Source: Mobula hypostoma
Lineage: Eukaryota
Direction: 5' to 3'
Assembly (NCBI RefSeq): GCF_963921235.1
Contig: NC_086097.1
Span: 4,588,001-4,652,000, forward strand
Length of the DNA: 64,000 nt
The notes under the pieces were generated by a model. The model was not told the DNA's origin. It saw nothing but the letters and a program-made list of their open reading frames with translations, and did not search any database. The stretch's first letter is position 1. Every line of letters begins with the position of its first letter. This document shows, piece by piece, positions 49,176 to 61,604 of the stretch. The translations under genes and the position numbers were made by a program.

Positions 49176-50939
49176 GAAAATTTCACCAACAGTCTTTGAA
49201 GTAAAGAAGTGCGGGGGGTTGTGGTGCAGGTCAGTGGGACTGGGTGATTTAACTGGTTTGGCACAGACAGGATGTGCTGAGGGCCTGTTTCTGTGCTGTA
49301 GTTTGCAATGACTCTCTGACTGTTTCTCTTCTCACAGATACAGATCGATGTGTTGAATATTGCCGGCATTTTTGATCTTTATTGTCATTAAAATTAACCA
49401 GTAGGACAAAGTTACAGATTTAGAAACATGTTTTTGCCTCCAGGATCAAGTTGCATTAATGAAGTTAAGTTTAAGTATTTTAAAGTAATTATGCAGGTTA
49501 ACTGTTTGACTAGAAAAGGGAAAGTCCCTGAATAACCAAAGAATTAGGCCAGCAAATGGAATTGGTCATTAATATAACTGGAAAGTGTCCTTTTAAGTAC
49601 ATGAAAGCCAGCTTTTAATCTCTCCAAGTCTAGAGAGTGGTGGAACATGCTGCTCGGGGTGGCGGAGGAAGATACATTAGGAACCTTTCAGAGATGTTTA
49701 GATAGGCAGATCAATGAAAACAAAATGGAGGCCTATGTGGGAGGGAAGGGTTAGAATGGCCTTAGAGGATGTTAAAATGCTGGCACAACATCATGGGCTG
49801 AAGGACCTTTACAGCACAGTACTGTTCTACACCTTATTGTAAATCACTTGCTTGATGGGGCAGGAAGTCTGTACTAGAAGCATCAGCTTCCATACTGACT
49901 GACTACTCAGAGCTGACCACAAATGAGTCAAAATCATTTTGTGCTCAGAGATAGTGACCAAAAGTAGACTTCTCCATCTTTGTTTGAGATTTATTTCTCG
50001 TATAACTTTAGTTCTTCAAACATAATCTTGTCCCACAACACCTCATTCGTCAAGAAGGCACTCCTGGCTCAATTTTAACAACTTTCTACAGGAGCACCAT
50101 TCAGAGTATCCTGTCTGGCTGCATCGTCGTGCGGTACAGAAGCTGCAAGGCATCGGTCTGCAAGCCCGTTACAGAGGACAGTAAAAACTGATGACAGGAT
50201 CACCAGGGTCTCCCTCCCCATCTATTTGTGATATTTACTTGCAAATGAAAGGCCCAAAGTGTTATTGAGGATTCCCACCACCCATCCCACAATCTCTTTG
50301 ACCTACTACCATCGGGAAGGTGGTACAGGAGCATCAGGACCAGGACTGCCAGACTGGGTAACAGCTTCTTCTCTCAGGCTGTGAAACTAATGAATACCCT
50401 GCCACCACCGAGGTCTCATCACTAGGAGAGCAAGCTGTTCTGTTTATCTGTGATGCACACTACATGCATTTTTAATTGTATTTTATCAACTTATTTGTGG
50501 AAATATTTTGTTTCAGGTACTATGTGTGATATATTTTGTGGGGACACCGTGGTCTGGAGGAACATTGTTTTGCTTGATTGTATCTATGTACAGTCAGATG
50601 AATTTGACTTCTGAAAAACTACATCTTCTTGGAAATCACAAGAGATTTTCCATTTCAGAAAACAATCCGCTTTAAAACCTTAAGGCATTTCGCAAACACC
50701 TTGAGTGTATTTTTTCCTCAAAGATCTGGTTGATCAGCCAGACAGAGAGGGTGACACACTAACTCCAACCTGAGTGAAGATTGTACGTGACAGCTAAAAG
50801 GTACCAAGATCGGTGAAACAAAAACAGCATTTGCTAATTGCAAGGGGCCTAGATTTAGAAGCAGTAATTAACCTAAATAACCACTGAAATGACAATTCTC
50901 TTCAAAACAGGCAATGAAGTTGTAATAACTAACACTTAC

Positions 50940-51103
50940 GCAAGTCATTAGTAACTTTGTACGTCCCATCGGCAAAGATCCAGTAGTATAATCCTTCTGC
51001 ATGTCGAATAAGTTCCCCTCCTTTATTCACCCTTCCAGCAATGAACACACCTCCAGTATTGGGCGTCTCAATGAGTACATCGCAAGTTATATTGAAATCT
51101 TGC
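50940..51103 (-). CDS. GALC: GALC exon (equivalent to human exon 15), 164 bp, lectin domain
   Basis: ttttcctcag|G CAA...TTG C|gtaagt; [54 protein letters not shown] (within ORF 50929..51156). Confidence 0.96.
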
Positions 51104-51184
51104 CTGAGGAAAAAAAATTCAGTCTCAAAGTCTGACAGTAAGCAAGCAGAGATCACCTCATAATGTGTTGTCTCATTGGGTTAT

Positions 51185-51640
51185 TTAGAGTCATAGAACA
51201 CTACAGCACAGAAACAGCCCCTTCAGCCCATCTCGCTTGTGCTGAGCTATAAACCTGCCAAGTCTCATGGACCATAGCCCTCCATACCCTTCCCATCCAT
51301 ATATCTGCCTAAATTTCTTTTAAATGTTGAAATCGACCCCGCATCCACCACTTTCACTGGCAGCTCATTCCACACTCTCACCGCCCTCTGAGTGAAGTAG
51401 TTCCTTCATGTTCCCTTTAAACTTTTCACCTTTCACCCTTAACACATGACCTCCAGCTGTAGTTCCACCCAACCTCAGCAGAAGAAGCCTACTTACATTT
51501 ACCCAATCTTTACCCCTCATAATTTTGTATACTTCTATCAAATCTCCCCTCATTTCCTTTGCTCCAGGGAGTGAAGTCCTAAACTACTGAATCTTCCTCT
51601 ATACCTCAGATCCTCATGTCCTGGCAACATCCTTGTTATA
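51185..51640 (-). mobile_element. CR1 3' fragment. Other CR1 3' pieces at about 5250-5570(+), 49630-49830(+), 52600-53260(+), 54680-55280(+), 57660-58950(-), 61735-62620(-) and 62950-63750(+)
   Basis: MRGDLIEVYKIMRG...GHVLRVKGEKFKGN and homologous readings in the other copies. Confidence 0.85.
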
Positions 51641-53372
51641 TTCATACCATCCTGAGTGCTCGTTTGTCTACCCTGAGTTTTTATGAGCCACAAGTTCCAA
51701 GAGACATTTGGGATGTTGCATTCTTTCAGGAGAATATTGAGCATATCTTTGAATCTACTTCTCTAAATGCTCTAAATCCATAACCACGGGGTGCCACAGT
51801 AGCACCGCAGTTAGCACGAGCTTGGGGCTTCGGAGTTCAGAGTTCAATTTCAATGCTGTCTGGAAGGAGTTTGTACATTCTCCTTGTGAGTGAGTGGGCT
51901 TCCTCCAGGTACTCCGGTTTCCTGCCACAGTGCAGATGTACCGATTAGTAGGTTAATTGGTCATTGTTCAATTGGTGGGTTGCTGGGGTGCTGTGACTCG
52001 TTGGGTTGGAATGACCTGTGGCATGTTGCATCACTAAAATAAATGTATAGTTTAATGTCATTTCCAATACAAGAGTGTAAAGGGGAACAAAGTAATTACT
52101 ACTTTGGATCCTTATGTTATGTAGCCTCCCCCTCCAATGGGAGAGGGATAAACAGTCCATGAGCCAGGTGGGTGGGATCCTCCATGATGTTACGTGCCCT
52201 GTTCCAGCACCTTTCTGTATATACGTCCTTGATGGTGGGTAGGCTGGTGACGGTGATGTGTGAAGCCACTGGAGCAGGTAGTGAATGGTCGCATGGGCAG
52301 CTGGTGCATATCACAAGTCCTGGTTACGCGACCACTGTCTCCATGCAGACAATCTCTGAAGACTATTGATAATGACTAGGGTCACCTGTCTCATAAAGAC
52401 ACTACCTAGAAGAAGGCAATGACAAACTACTTCTTCAGGAAAATTTGCCAAGAATAATCATGGTCATGGAAAGATCATAATCGCCCACGTCATATGGCAT
52501 GGCACATAATGAACGAACTAACACAATGGCAGGTGATCATAAAATGTTAAAAAGTCTGAGGTTTTACTGACTGTGAAAAGTCAGCTGAGGCATTTTGTAA
52601 AGTGATAGAAATTCACTTCACAAAATTGAAGTCCAGGCATTGAGTTCATGAGAAAGGAACTTAAGTTGTAGCTTTATAAAACTCTTAGTTAGGCCACTTC
52701 TGGAGTTTTGCATTCAATCTGTCACCCCCACTACAGGAATGACGCTTAGGCTTTGGAGAGGGGACAGCAGAGGTTTACCAGGATGCTGCCTGGATTAGAA
52801 CGCAGTGCTATGACGAGAGGTTGGACAAACTAGGCTGGTTTTCTCTGGAGCGGTGGAGGTTGAAGGGAGATCTGATAGAGGTTTATAAATTTATGAGAGA
52901 CAAAGATAGAGTAGACAGATAGTTTCTTTTTCCCAGGGCTGAAATGTTTACTATCAGAGGACATGCATTTAAGGTGAGAGGGGTTAATTTCAAAGGAGAT
53001 GTGAGGGGTAAGTGTTTTTTGTTTTTTTACATAGAGAGTGGTCGGTGGAATGTGCTGCCTCGGGTGGTGGTAGAGGCAGATACATTAGGGACTTCAAGAG
53101 CCGTTTAGAGAGGCAGATGAATGTGAGGAAAATGAAAGGGTATGGACATTGTGTAGGCAGAGGAGATTAGTTTGGTTGGTTATTTGATTACTAATATAAT
53201 TGGCTCAGCACATCATTGTGGGCTGAATGGCCTTTTCCTGTGCTGTACTGTCTGTGTTCTAAATGCAATGAAAAGATCAAGTGGCAACATCAGTGAATTT
53301 ACAAATCAAAAGATAGTGCATCCAAAGCAGGTTGTGTTTCTATTTTTTAAAATTAATAAACCAAATTCTTAC

Positions 53373-53553
53373 CACATGTAATCACCAATAACACTAATTG
53401 TTTGGTCAGCATCACTTGCCCAGGTTATAGGTCGCTGTTTTACCACCTGTCGCAGAGTATACATATGTTCACCAGGATTGTAGTAGTTTACAAAATATTC
53501 AAACACTCCGGTCTGGTCAGCAAAATTAGGTGCCTCACTGAATGGTGGAGTCT
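53373..53553 (-). CDS. GALC: GALC exon (equivalent to human exon 14), 181 bp
   Basis: gtgacttag|AG ACT...ATG TG|gtaaga; [60 protein letters not shown]; phase 1-2. Confidence 0.96.
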
Positions 53554-55812
53554 CTAAGTCACAGAAAAAACAGACTGAATTAATTTATGAAATTCCAACC
53601 ACATTAACAGCTATCAATCCAAAATCCCATTAACACACACTGGTCCTAAAAGAATATTCCAAATGCTTCAAGAAGAGAAAAAACGGAATGACATTGTTCC
53701 ATAGTCATTACTGAGCATAAATTCCAGATATAACTTTTTCAGTAATCAAATAACATTGAATATGTTCCCCCATTATCAATATGTCAACACCTATTTCAAT
53801 GAGGAGATCAACATCCATCTTGTTTGGTTCTAGGAATTCAGAACTTGCAGCTGGAAATTGGAAAATTTGTTGTTACATCCTAAAGTAAAAACTCTTCTTT
53901 AAAAAAAAAGGCCTTTTTAAATAGTAATCTTCCTAATTCAAATCAGAATGCCATGTTTTCACACTTGAATAAGAAACGTCTGCAGTGGTAAAATATAGTG
54001 ATAGATTCCAAGTCTACAGAATCTAAATCAATGAGCTTACTGATTAAATATTCCTGCTGTCATCAGGAAGGTGGTACTGGAGGCTCAGGACCCACACCAC
54101 CAGGTGCAGGAACAGTCATTACCCCTAAACCATCAGACTCCTGAACAGAACTTCACTCTCCCCATCACTGAAATGTTTCCACTGTACTGGACTCATTTCC
54201 AAGAAGTCTTCATCTCATGTTCTCAATACTTATTGTTTATTTTTGTTTATTATTATTTCTTTTTTTTCCTTTTAGTATTTGAACAGTTTTTTCTGCACAT
54301 TAGTTGTTGTTCATCCTGTTGGGTCTGGTCTTTCAAAGATTCTACTCTGTTTCTTGCAGTTATTGAAAATGTCCCAAGAAAATAAATCTCAGGGTTGTAT
54401 ATGGTGACACATACATACTTCTATAATAAATTTCCTTGAAGATGCTTAAATACAAATAGGTACAATTGGTTGTTTGTTCATCTTTGTCTGCAGTTCTTCA
54501 TTGATTCTGTTGTTTATTGGTTATCTACTGTGAATGCCCACAAGAAAACAAATCTCACTGTAGTATATTGTGACATATATATACTTTGATAAATTTATGT
54601 GGAACCTTGAGTTTCTACTTGCAATAGTTAATTAAGCTCCCTTAACCTAGTTCCATGAAAATCCAATATTGGATTTGAATTGGTGGTGAGGAAGGCAAAT
54701 ATAACGCTGAAGCTTTATAAGGCATTGGTCAGCCCACACTTGGAGTATTGTGAGCAGTTTTAGGCCCCTTATCTAAGAAAATAGAAAACTGGCATTGGAG
54801 AGTGTCCAGAGGAGGTTCATGAGCATGATCCCAGGAATGAAAGGGTTAACACATGAGTCGTGTTTGATAGCTCTGTCGCTGTACTCGCTGGAGTTCAGAA
54901 GAATGAGGAGGCACCTGACCAAAACTTACTGAATATTTAAAGGCCTAGATTATGCAGTTATGGAGAGGATGTTTCCTGTAGTGAGGGAGTCCAAGACTAG
55001 AGGGTATAGATCAGACTAGATGGATGTCCATTTGGAACAGAGATGAGATAGAATTTCTTTAGCCAGAGAGTGGTGAATCTGTGGAATTCACTACCATGGA
55101 TAACAGTAGAGGCCAAATCATTGGGTGTATTTAAAGCAGAGGTTGATGGGTTCTTGATTAGTCAGGGCATCAAAGGTTATGGGAGAAGGCAGGGGAATGG
55201 GGTTGAGAGAGATAATAGATCAGCCATGATGGAATGGTGGAGCAGACTTGATGGGCCGAGTCTGCTCCTATGACGTATGGCATAAAACACTGCAAATGAA
55301 ATATTATTTAAGAACCCACGCTTCAGAATTGTACATCAGTTATATTCTATGCAAATCTATTATTACAATTCAAATCTAAATCTTATTTCTCAAACTTTAA
55401 TATTGAATCATATATGTAAAATCTGAATATTTAACTCCATTACTGTATATGTTTGAGTACTGAATCTGTAGAAGTTGTGGGCAAATAAAAAATGTGTATC
55501 AATTAATCACGCACGGCTTCTTCATAAATGTTTCAGACCACTGGCATTTACGGTTGAAATATTAAAAGTGTACATTACTGTGTACATAAATCCCTGTCAC
55601 TGGAGACGCCGCTGGAAATTTTGGCAATGAAAATTTCAATATTCTAACTTGTTGGGGAAAGTATTGTCGGGCGTAAAAGTTTCGCAGCTTCATGGAAAGT
55701 GCATGAATAAACATATGCCTTTATAACTTCTGTTTCCTTTGTATCAGCTAAATTATCCTTTATTCATAAAGTATTCAGAATACAAAATATGAAATTTTGC
55801 CACCTACATTTA

Positions 55813-56491
55813 CAGTCAGTGCCCCCTTTATTCGGTACACCTGTCCATCTGCTGCATTTTTTATTTTCTTTTTGCACTGCTTATTTAACTTTTAAAATAG
55901 GTTTCTTATTGTAATTTATAGGTTTGTTATTAGTATTGCACTGAACTGCTGCCACAAAACAACATACACCAATGCAATTAAACCTGATTCTGCTTCGGTG
56001 GCCACTTTATGCGGTACACATGTACGCTGCGATAATGCAAACATTTAATCAACCAATCATGAGGCAGACAAGAGCACGCATACACGTTCATGAGGTTCAG
56101 TTGTTGTTCAGACCGAATATCAGAATAGGGAAGAAACGTGATCTAAGTGACTTTGACTGTGGAATGATTGTTGTGCCTTACTGGGTAATTTGAGCATCTC
56201 CAAAAAATGCCGATCTTCTGGAATTTTCACCACAAGTTTCTAGAGTTTACAGAGAACGGTGTGAAAAACAAAAAACAACATCCAGTGAGTGGCAGTTCTG
56301 TGGGCAAAAATGCTTCGTTAATGAGAGAGGTCAGAGAATGGCCGAACACAGTCAAGGTGACAGTAATTTAAATAACCATGCATAACCACTGGGGGGCTGA
56401 GAGACACCAAACCGTGATCCTTGAAGAGGACAGGCTACAGCATCAGAGACCACACTGTGTTCCACTCCGGTATGTAATTGGTCACTGAGTG
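55813..56491 (+). mobile_element. Internally deleted Tc1-like transposon
   Basis: TA|cagtcagtgcccccttta and ...ggtcactgagtg ends; GKKRDLSDFDCGMIV...VSRVYRE..EKQK..SSEWQFCGQKCFVNERGQR paired-like N-terminus. Confidence 0.75.
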
Positions 56492-57051
56492 CATCTTAGT
56501 ACATCTTCTCGGGCATGATCGATGTAGTGGCCTAAGTTATTTTTAACGAGGAACTCAGCAGGTCGGGCAGCATCCGTGGAAACGTCAACTCATCGTTTCC
56601 TCATAGTCATAGTCATACTTTATTGATCCCGGTGGAAACTGGTTTTCGTTACAGTTGCACCATAAATAATAAATAGTAATAAAACCATAAATAGTTAAAT
56701 AGTAATATGCAAATTATGCCAGGAAATAAGTCCAGGACCAGCCTATTGGTTCAGGGTGTCTGACCCTCCAAGGGAGGAGTTGTAAAGTTTGATGGCCACA
56801 GGCAGGAATGACTTCCTATGACGCTCTGTGCTGCATCTCGGTGGAATGAGTCTCTGGCTGAATGTACCCTTGTGCCCAACCAGTACATTATGTAGTGGCT
56901 GGGAGACATTGTCCAAGATGGCATGCAACTTGGACAGCATGGATTCCATGGATGCTGCCCGTCCTGCTGAGTTCCTCCAGCGTGTTGTGAGTGTTGCTTT
57001 GACCCCAGCATCTGTAGATTATTTTGTGTTTATTTTTAATGAGTTACTTAC

Positions 57052-57196
57052 TAATATTGAAATCATCCGTATAGTCCTTCGGAAACGCGCTAGAGGGAGG
57101 CGGCTCAGCAAAACTGCCATGTCTCCCCGTGCTAATGGTGGTCATGGTCCATATTTCATCTACCTCCAGGGGCATGGAGAATGATCCATTCACGAG
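57052..57196 (-). CDS. GALC: GALC exon (equivalent to human exon 13), 145 bp
   Basis: ttctacag|CTC...ATT A|gtaagt; LVNGSFSMPLEVDEIWTMTTISTGRHGSFAEPPPSSAFPKDYTDDFNI (within ORF 57044..57226). Confidence 0.93.
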
Positions 57197-59024
57197 CTGT
57201 AGAATTGAAATCAAATACACCTTCAATTTACAAGGCAGGACGAGGAAGCCTATCTCAGTATGTCACAGCTGTTTCCCGTCCCAACTTCCATCAGCCAACT
57301 GTAAAACATTCTAATAAAATGAAATCCAGTGAAAACTTGAGCTTTCTTTTAAATACATGGATGCACAATAGTTCTAAAGATGTTTGATCTAATCCAACAA
57401 ATTTGTTGTATCAGAATCCCATGCCCGCCAGATTACTTTTAGCTCAATTCACTGCACAGACTACGATATCTCTGCCGTTTACATAAAGGTAACCTTAAGG
57501 ACCATCACACTTCTCTCATGCACCCTGACTCAAAACAAGTCACAGATATGTAATAACGTACAATTGTTCGGATTGCGTACTAGCAAGTCAAACTGTTGCT
57601 TACCACTTCCACATTTCATACTTCCGTTACCAGTAACCGCCGGTCATTACAAATATGAGAAACTATGTAGAGTCAAGTCATAGGAAACTACAGCACAGAA
57701 ACAGGCCCTTCATCCCATCTAGTCGATCTAACCATATAAACAACCTACTCCCATCGACCTGCACCAGGATCATAGCCCTCCACACCCCTACCAGTCATGT
57801 ACCTATCCAAACTTCTTTAAATATTGAAATCAGGTTCCCATGCACCACTTGCATTGGCAGCTGGTTCCACACTTTCACCACCCTCTGAGTGAAGTAGTTT
57901 CCCCTCATCTTCTCGTTAAACATTTCACCTTTCACTCTTAACCTATGAACTTTAGTCGAATCTCATCCAACCTCAGTGGAGAAAGCCTACTTGCATATTC
58001 CTATCCATACCCCTCGTAATTTTATATATCAAATCTCCACTCATTCTTCGACGTTCTAAGGAACAAAATCCTAACCTATTTAATCATCCCTCATAAGTCA
58101 TGTCCTCCAGACCCGGCAACATTCTTGTAAATTTTCTCTATGATCCTTCAACCTTGTTCACATTTTTCATAGTCATAGTCATACTTTATTGACCCGGGGG
58201 AAATTGGTTTTCATTACAGCTGCACCATAAATAATAAATAATAGAACCATAAATAGTTAAATAGTAATATGTAAATTATGCCAGGAAATTATGAAATAAG
58301 TCCAGGACCAGCCTATTGGCTCAGGGTGTCTGACCCTCCAAGGGAGGAGTTGTAATGTTTGATGGCCACAGGCAGGAATGACTTCCTATGACGCTCTGTG
58401 CTGCATCTCGGTGGAATGAGTCTCTGGCTGAATGTACTCCTGTGCCCACCCAGTACATTATGTAGTGGATGGGAGACATTGACCAAGATGGCATGCAACT
58501 TAGACAGCATTCTCTTTTCAGACACCACTGTCAGAGAGTCCAGTAGGTAGGTGACAAAACTGCACACAATACTCCAAATTAGGCCTCACCAACATCTTAT
58601 ACAACTTCAACATAACATCCCATCTTCTGTACAATACGTTGATCTATAAAGGCCAATGTGCCAAAAGCTTTCTTTATGACCCTATGTGACATCATTTTCA
58701 ATGAATGATGGACCTGTATTCCCAGATCCCTTTGTTCCATCATACTCCTTAATGCCCTACTGCTCACTGTGTAAGACCTACCTTTGTTGGTCCAACTGAA
58801 GTGCAAAACCTCGCACTTGTCTGCATTAGGTTCCATCTGCCATTTTCTAGCTGACGCAGATCCCGCTGCAAGCCATGATAGCCTTCCTCACTTTTAACTA
58901 CCCCCACCCCCAGTCTTGGCGTCATCCCAAATTTATTGACCCAGTTAACCACATCATTGTAAATATGTATTGGAATGTCATGACCAAAATATTGAATCTT
59001 TATTGGTTAGAAACTAACATCAGT

Positions 59025-59550
59025 GAGACACACAAGAGATCCTGCAGATGCTGGAGATCTAGAGCAACATGCCAAAAGGCTGGAGGAACTCAGTAGGCCA
59101 CACTGCATCCGTGGAAATGAATAAAAAGTCAACGTTTTCGGGCTGAGACCCTTCTTCAGGACTGGAAAGGAAGGGGAAAGATGCCAGAATAAAAAGGTGG
59201 GGGAGGGGAAGGAGTACAAACTGGAAGGTAATAGGTGAAGCCAGGTGGGGGGAGGGGGATGAAGTTAAAAAACAGGGAGGTGATGGTGGAAAAGGCAAAT
59301 GGCTGAAGAAGGAGGAATCTGACAGGAGAGGAGAGTGGACCATGGGAGAAAGGGAAGGAGGAGAGGCACCAGGGGGAGGTGATAGGCTGGTGAGAGGAGG
59401 TTAGAGTGGGCCAGAGTGAGAAATAGAAGAGCGAATGGGGATGGGAAAAACTACAGTACGTTGGAGAAATTGATTTTCATGCCATCAGGTTGGAGGCTTC
59501 CCAGATAGAATACAAGGTGTTTCTCATCCAACCTGAGAGTAGTCTAACAG
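59025..59550 (-). mobile_element. Penelope-like 3' end and pLTR with a hammerhead motif at 59127-59163
   Basis: KHLVFYLGSLQPDGMKINFSN; minus strand AGTC-CTGAAGA-AGGG-TCTCAG-CCC-GAAA-ACGTT-GACT. Confidence 0.8.
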
Positions 59551-60191
59551 GCCACGTATCTCAATGAGATACCTGCTATGACTGACATTTTCACAATCTG
59601 CATATTGTGTTAATTTAAATAGGGGTTTGCAATATTCTTATGGGCTTTGATAATGTTAATAAGGCAAACCCATCTTCATTGATGAGTGAGTCAAAGAACA
59701 CAGATTTATCATAATTAGCAAAAGCACAGGGACCCATCACTCAGGACATGCCCCCTTCTCATTGCTACCGTCAAGGAGGAAGTACAGGAGCCTGAAGACA
59801 CACACACACAGTGTTTTAGGAACAGCTTCTTGGAACCTGTACATTTTGGTCAAATGTCCCGATTAGGCAGCATAATGTCCCAAATAAATGAAGGGAATCC
59901 TAGTTATTTTCTTGATTTGTTTTTGTTCTTTAAGAGTTGTTCTAAATAAATGGCTGTAGTGGAGAAAGATTCAACACTAATGTGCAGATTCTGACTGGAA
60001 ATAGAGAGAAAAATCAGGAAGGAAGATTGAGAAAGAAAGATTGAGACCAACCATGAGACCATGATTGGACCCAACTGGATGGCCCATCTAAACAGGCATC
60101 TTTGAAATAAAATATGCTGCAAGTTTCTACAAGAGCATATAATTATTCTTCTATACTTTTTCTTGAGGTGCGGGCAACATTAATAACACAA

Positions 60192-60387
60192 ACCCGAGGA
60201 ATTCTGCAGATGCTGGAAATTCAAGCAACACACATCAAAGTTGCTGGTGAACGCAGCAGGCCAGGCAGCATCTCTAGGAAGAGGTACAGTCGACGTTTCA
60301 GGCCGAGACCCTTCGTCAGGACTAACCTTCATTAGTCCTGATGAAAGGTCTCGGCCTGAAACATCGACTGTACCTCTTCCTAGAGAT
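60192..60387. mobile_element. Inverted Penelope pLTR pair with one hammerhead motif per strand
   Basis: 56-bp arms 60270-60325 and 60332-60387 with 3 mismatches and a 6-nt loop; flanking direct repeat taataacacaa at 60181-60191 and 60388-60398. Confidence 0.85.
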
Positions 60388-60409
60388 TAATAACACAACA
60401 CTTATTGAT

Positions 60410-60702
60410 TTCTTCTTCTCCAGCCCTTTACCTTTTCCACATTTCATCTCCCAGCTTCTCACTTCATACCCCCTCTCCGACCCACCTGGTTTCACCTATC
60501 ACTTTCTAACGTGTCCTCATTCTCCTCTTACCATTTTCTTATCCTGCTGGCTTCCCCCCTCCTTTCCAGTCCTGATGAAGGGTCTCAGCCTGAAATGTTG
60601 GCTGTTTACTCATTTCCATAGATGCTGCCTGACCTGCTGAGTTCCTCCAGCATTTTGTGTGTGTTGCTCTGGATTTCCAGTATCTGCAGAATCTCCTGTG
60701 TT
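60410..60702 (+). mobile_element. Penelope pLTR fragment with a hammerhead-like motif near 60567-60604
   Basis: CAGTC-CTGATGA-AGGG-TCTCAG-CCT-GAAA-TGTT-GGCTG followed by the gatgctgcctgacctgctgagttcctccagc tail. Confidence 0.75.
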
Positions 60703-61514
60703 CATAATTTATTGTACATCTTTGGATTTTGTGAGGGTACTGGGACCTTTCTGTAGCATATTGATCTAAAATCACAACCTCCATCCACAGCCTTTATTTT
60801 GGTGGTGTCAGCACATAAAATATCATAGTTTACTATCTTTCATTCCACTAGGTGCTATGGCACAATGTTAACTCATGGATTGATGGTACAATATTCTAAC
60901 TGCAGGTGTATCACACAAATCTTTCATTTTAAGCAAACTTATAAAGCTAATGCAATGTATTCTTCACATAATTCCAGAAATCATCAAAAATAGCAATAGT
61001 AAAGATTTGGGGACTGGTAATCTAGACACGGATAAAGAGGGGAAAATAACAATGGCAAAAGCACTGGGCAACACAGCGATGTAGTGTTAGTGCAACGTTT
61101 TATTAATCTAGCCACGGGGGTTCAATTTCTGCTGCTGTCTTTAAGGAGTTTATATATTCTCCCCATGGGTTTCCTCTGGGTGCTCAGGTTTCCTCCCACA
61201 TACCAAACTCATACCGGCAAGTAGGATAATGGTCGCATGGGTGTAATTGGGCCACGTGGGCTCATTGGGTTGGGGCAGAAATGGCGTATTATGGTGCTGT
61301 ACCTCTTAAAAGAAACACTAACCAGAAAGCTAGAGGCATTTCTCTATGACTAATGACCTGTTCAGAATTGCACAGTGAGTCATAAAAACTGAACTGGGGT
61401 CAAAATCCACCTGTAGTTTAATGCATTTCCGGCAATCTTTCCAGTCTGAAATATTCAAAGAACAGAAGTTAGAAGTTTAATCTTAACTGGACAAGAGAAA
61501 AAATTGTGGATTAC

Positions 61515-61604
61515 CTTGATGTCGGAATGTTGAGTGAAAAATTTGGAGGAATTCTTGTAGAAGTCAAGTTTTGTATGCCATACCTTTAAGGTGTCAATCT
61601 TTTT
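61515..61604 (-). CDS. GALC: GALC exon (equivalent to human exon 12), 90 bp
   Basis: ctctttttag|AAA...AAG|gtaatc; KKIDTLKVWHTKLDFYKNSSKFFTQHSDIK, with LKVWHTKL matching human LQVWYTKL. Confidence 0.88.
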
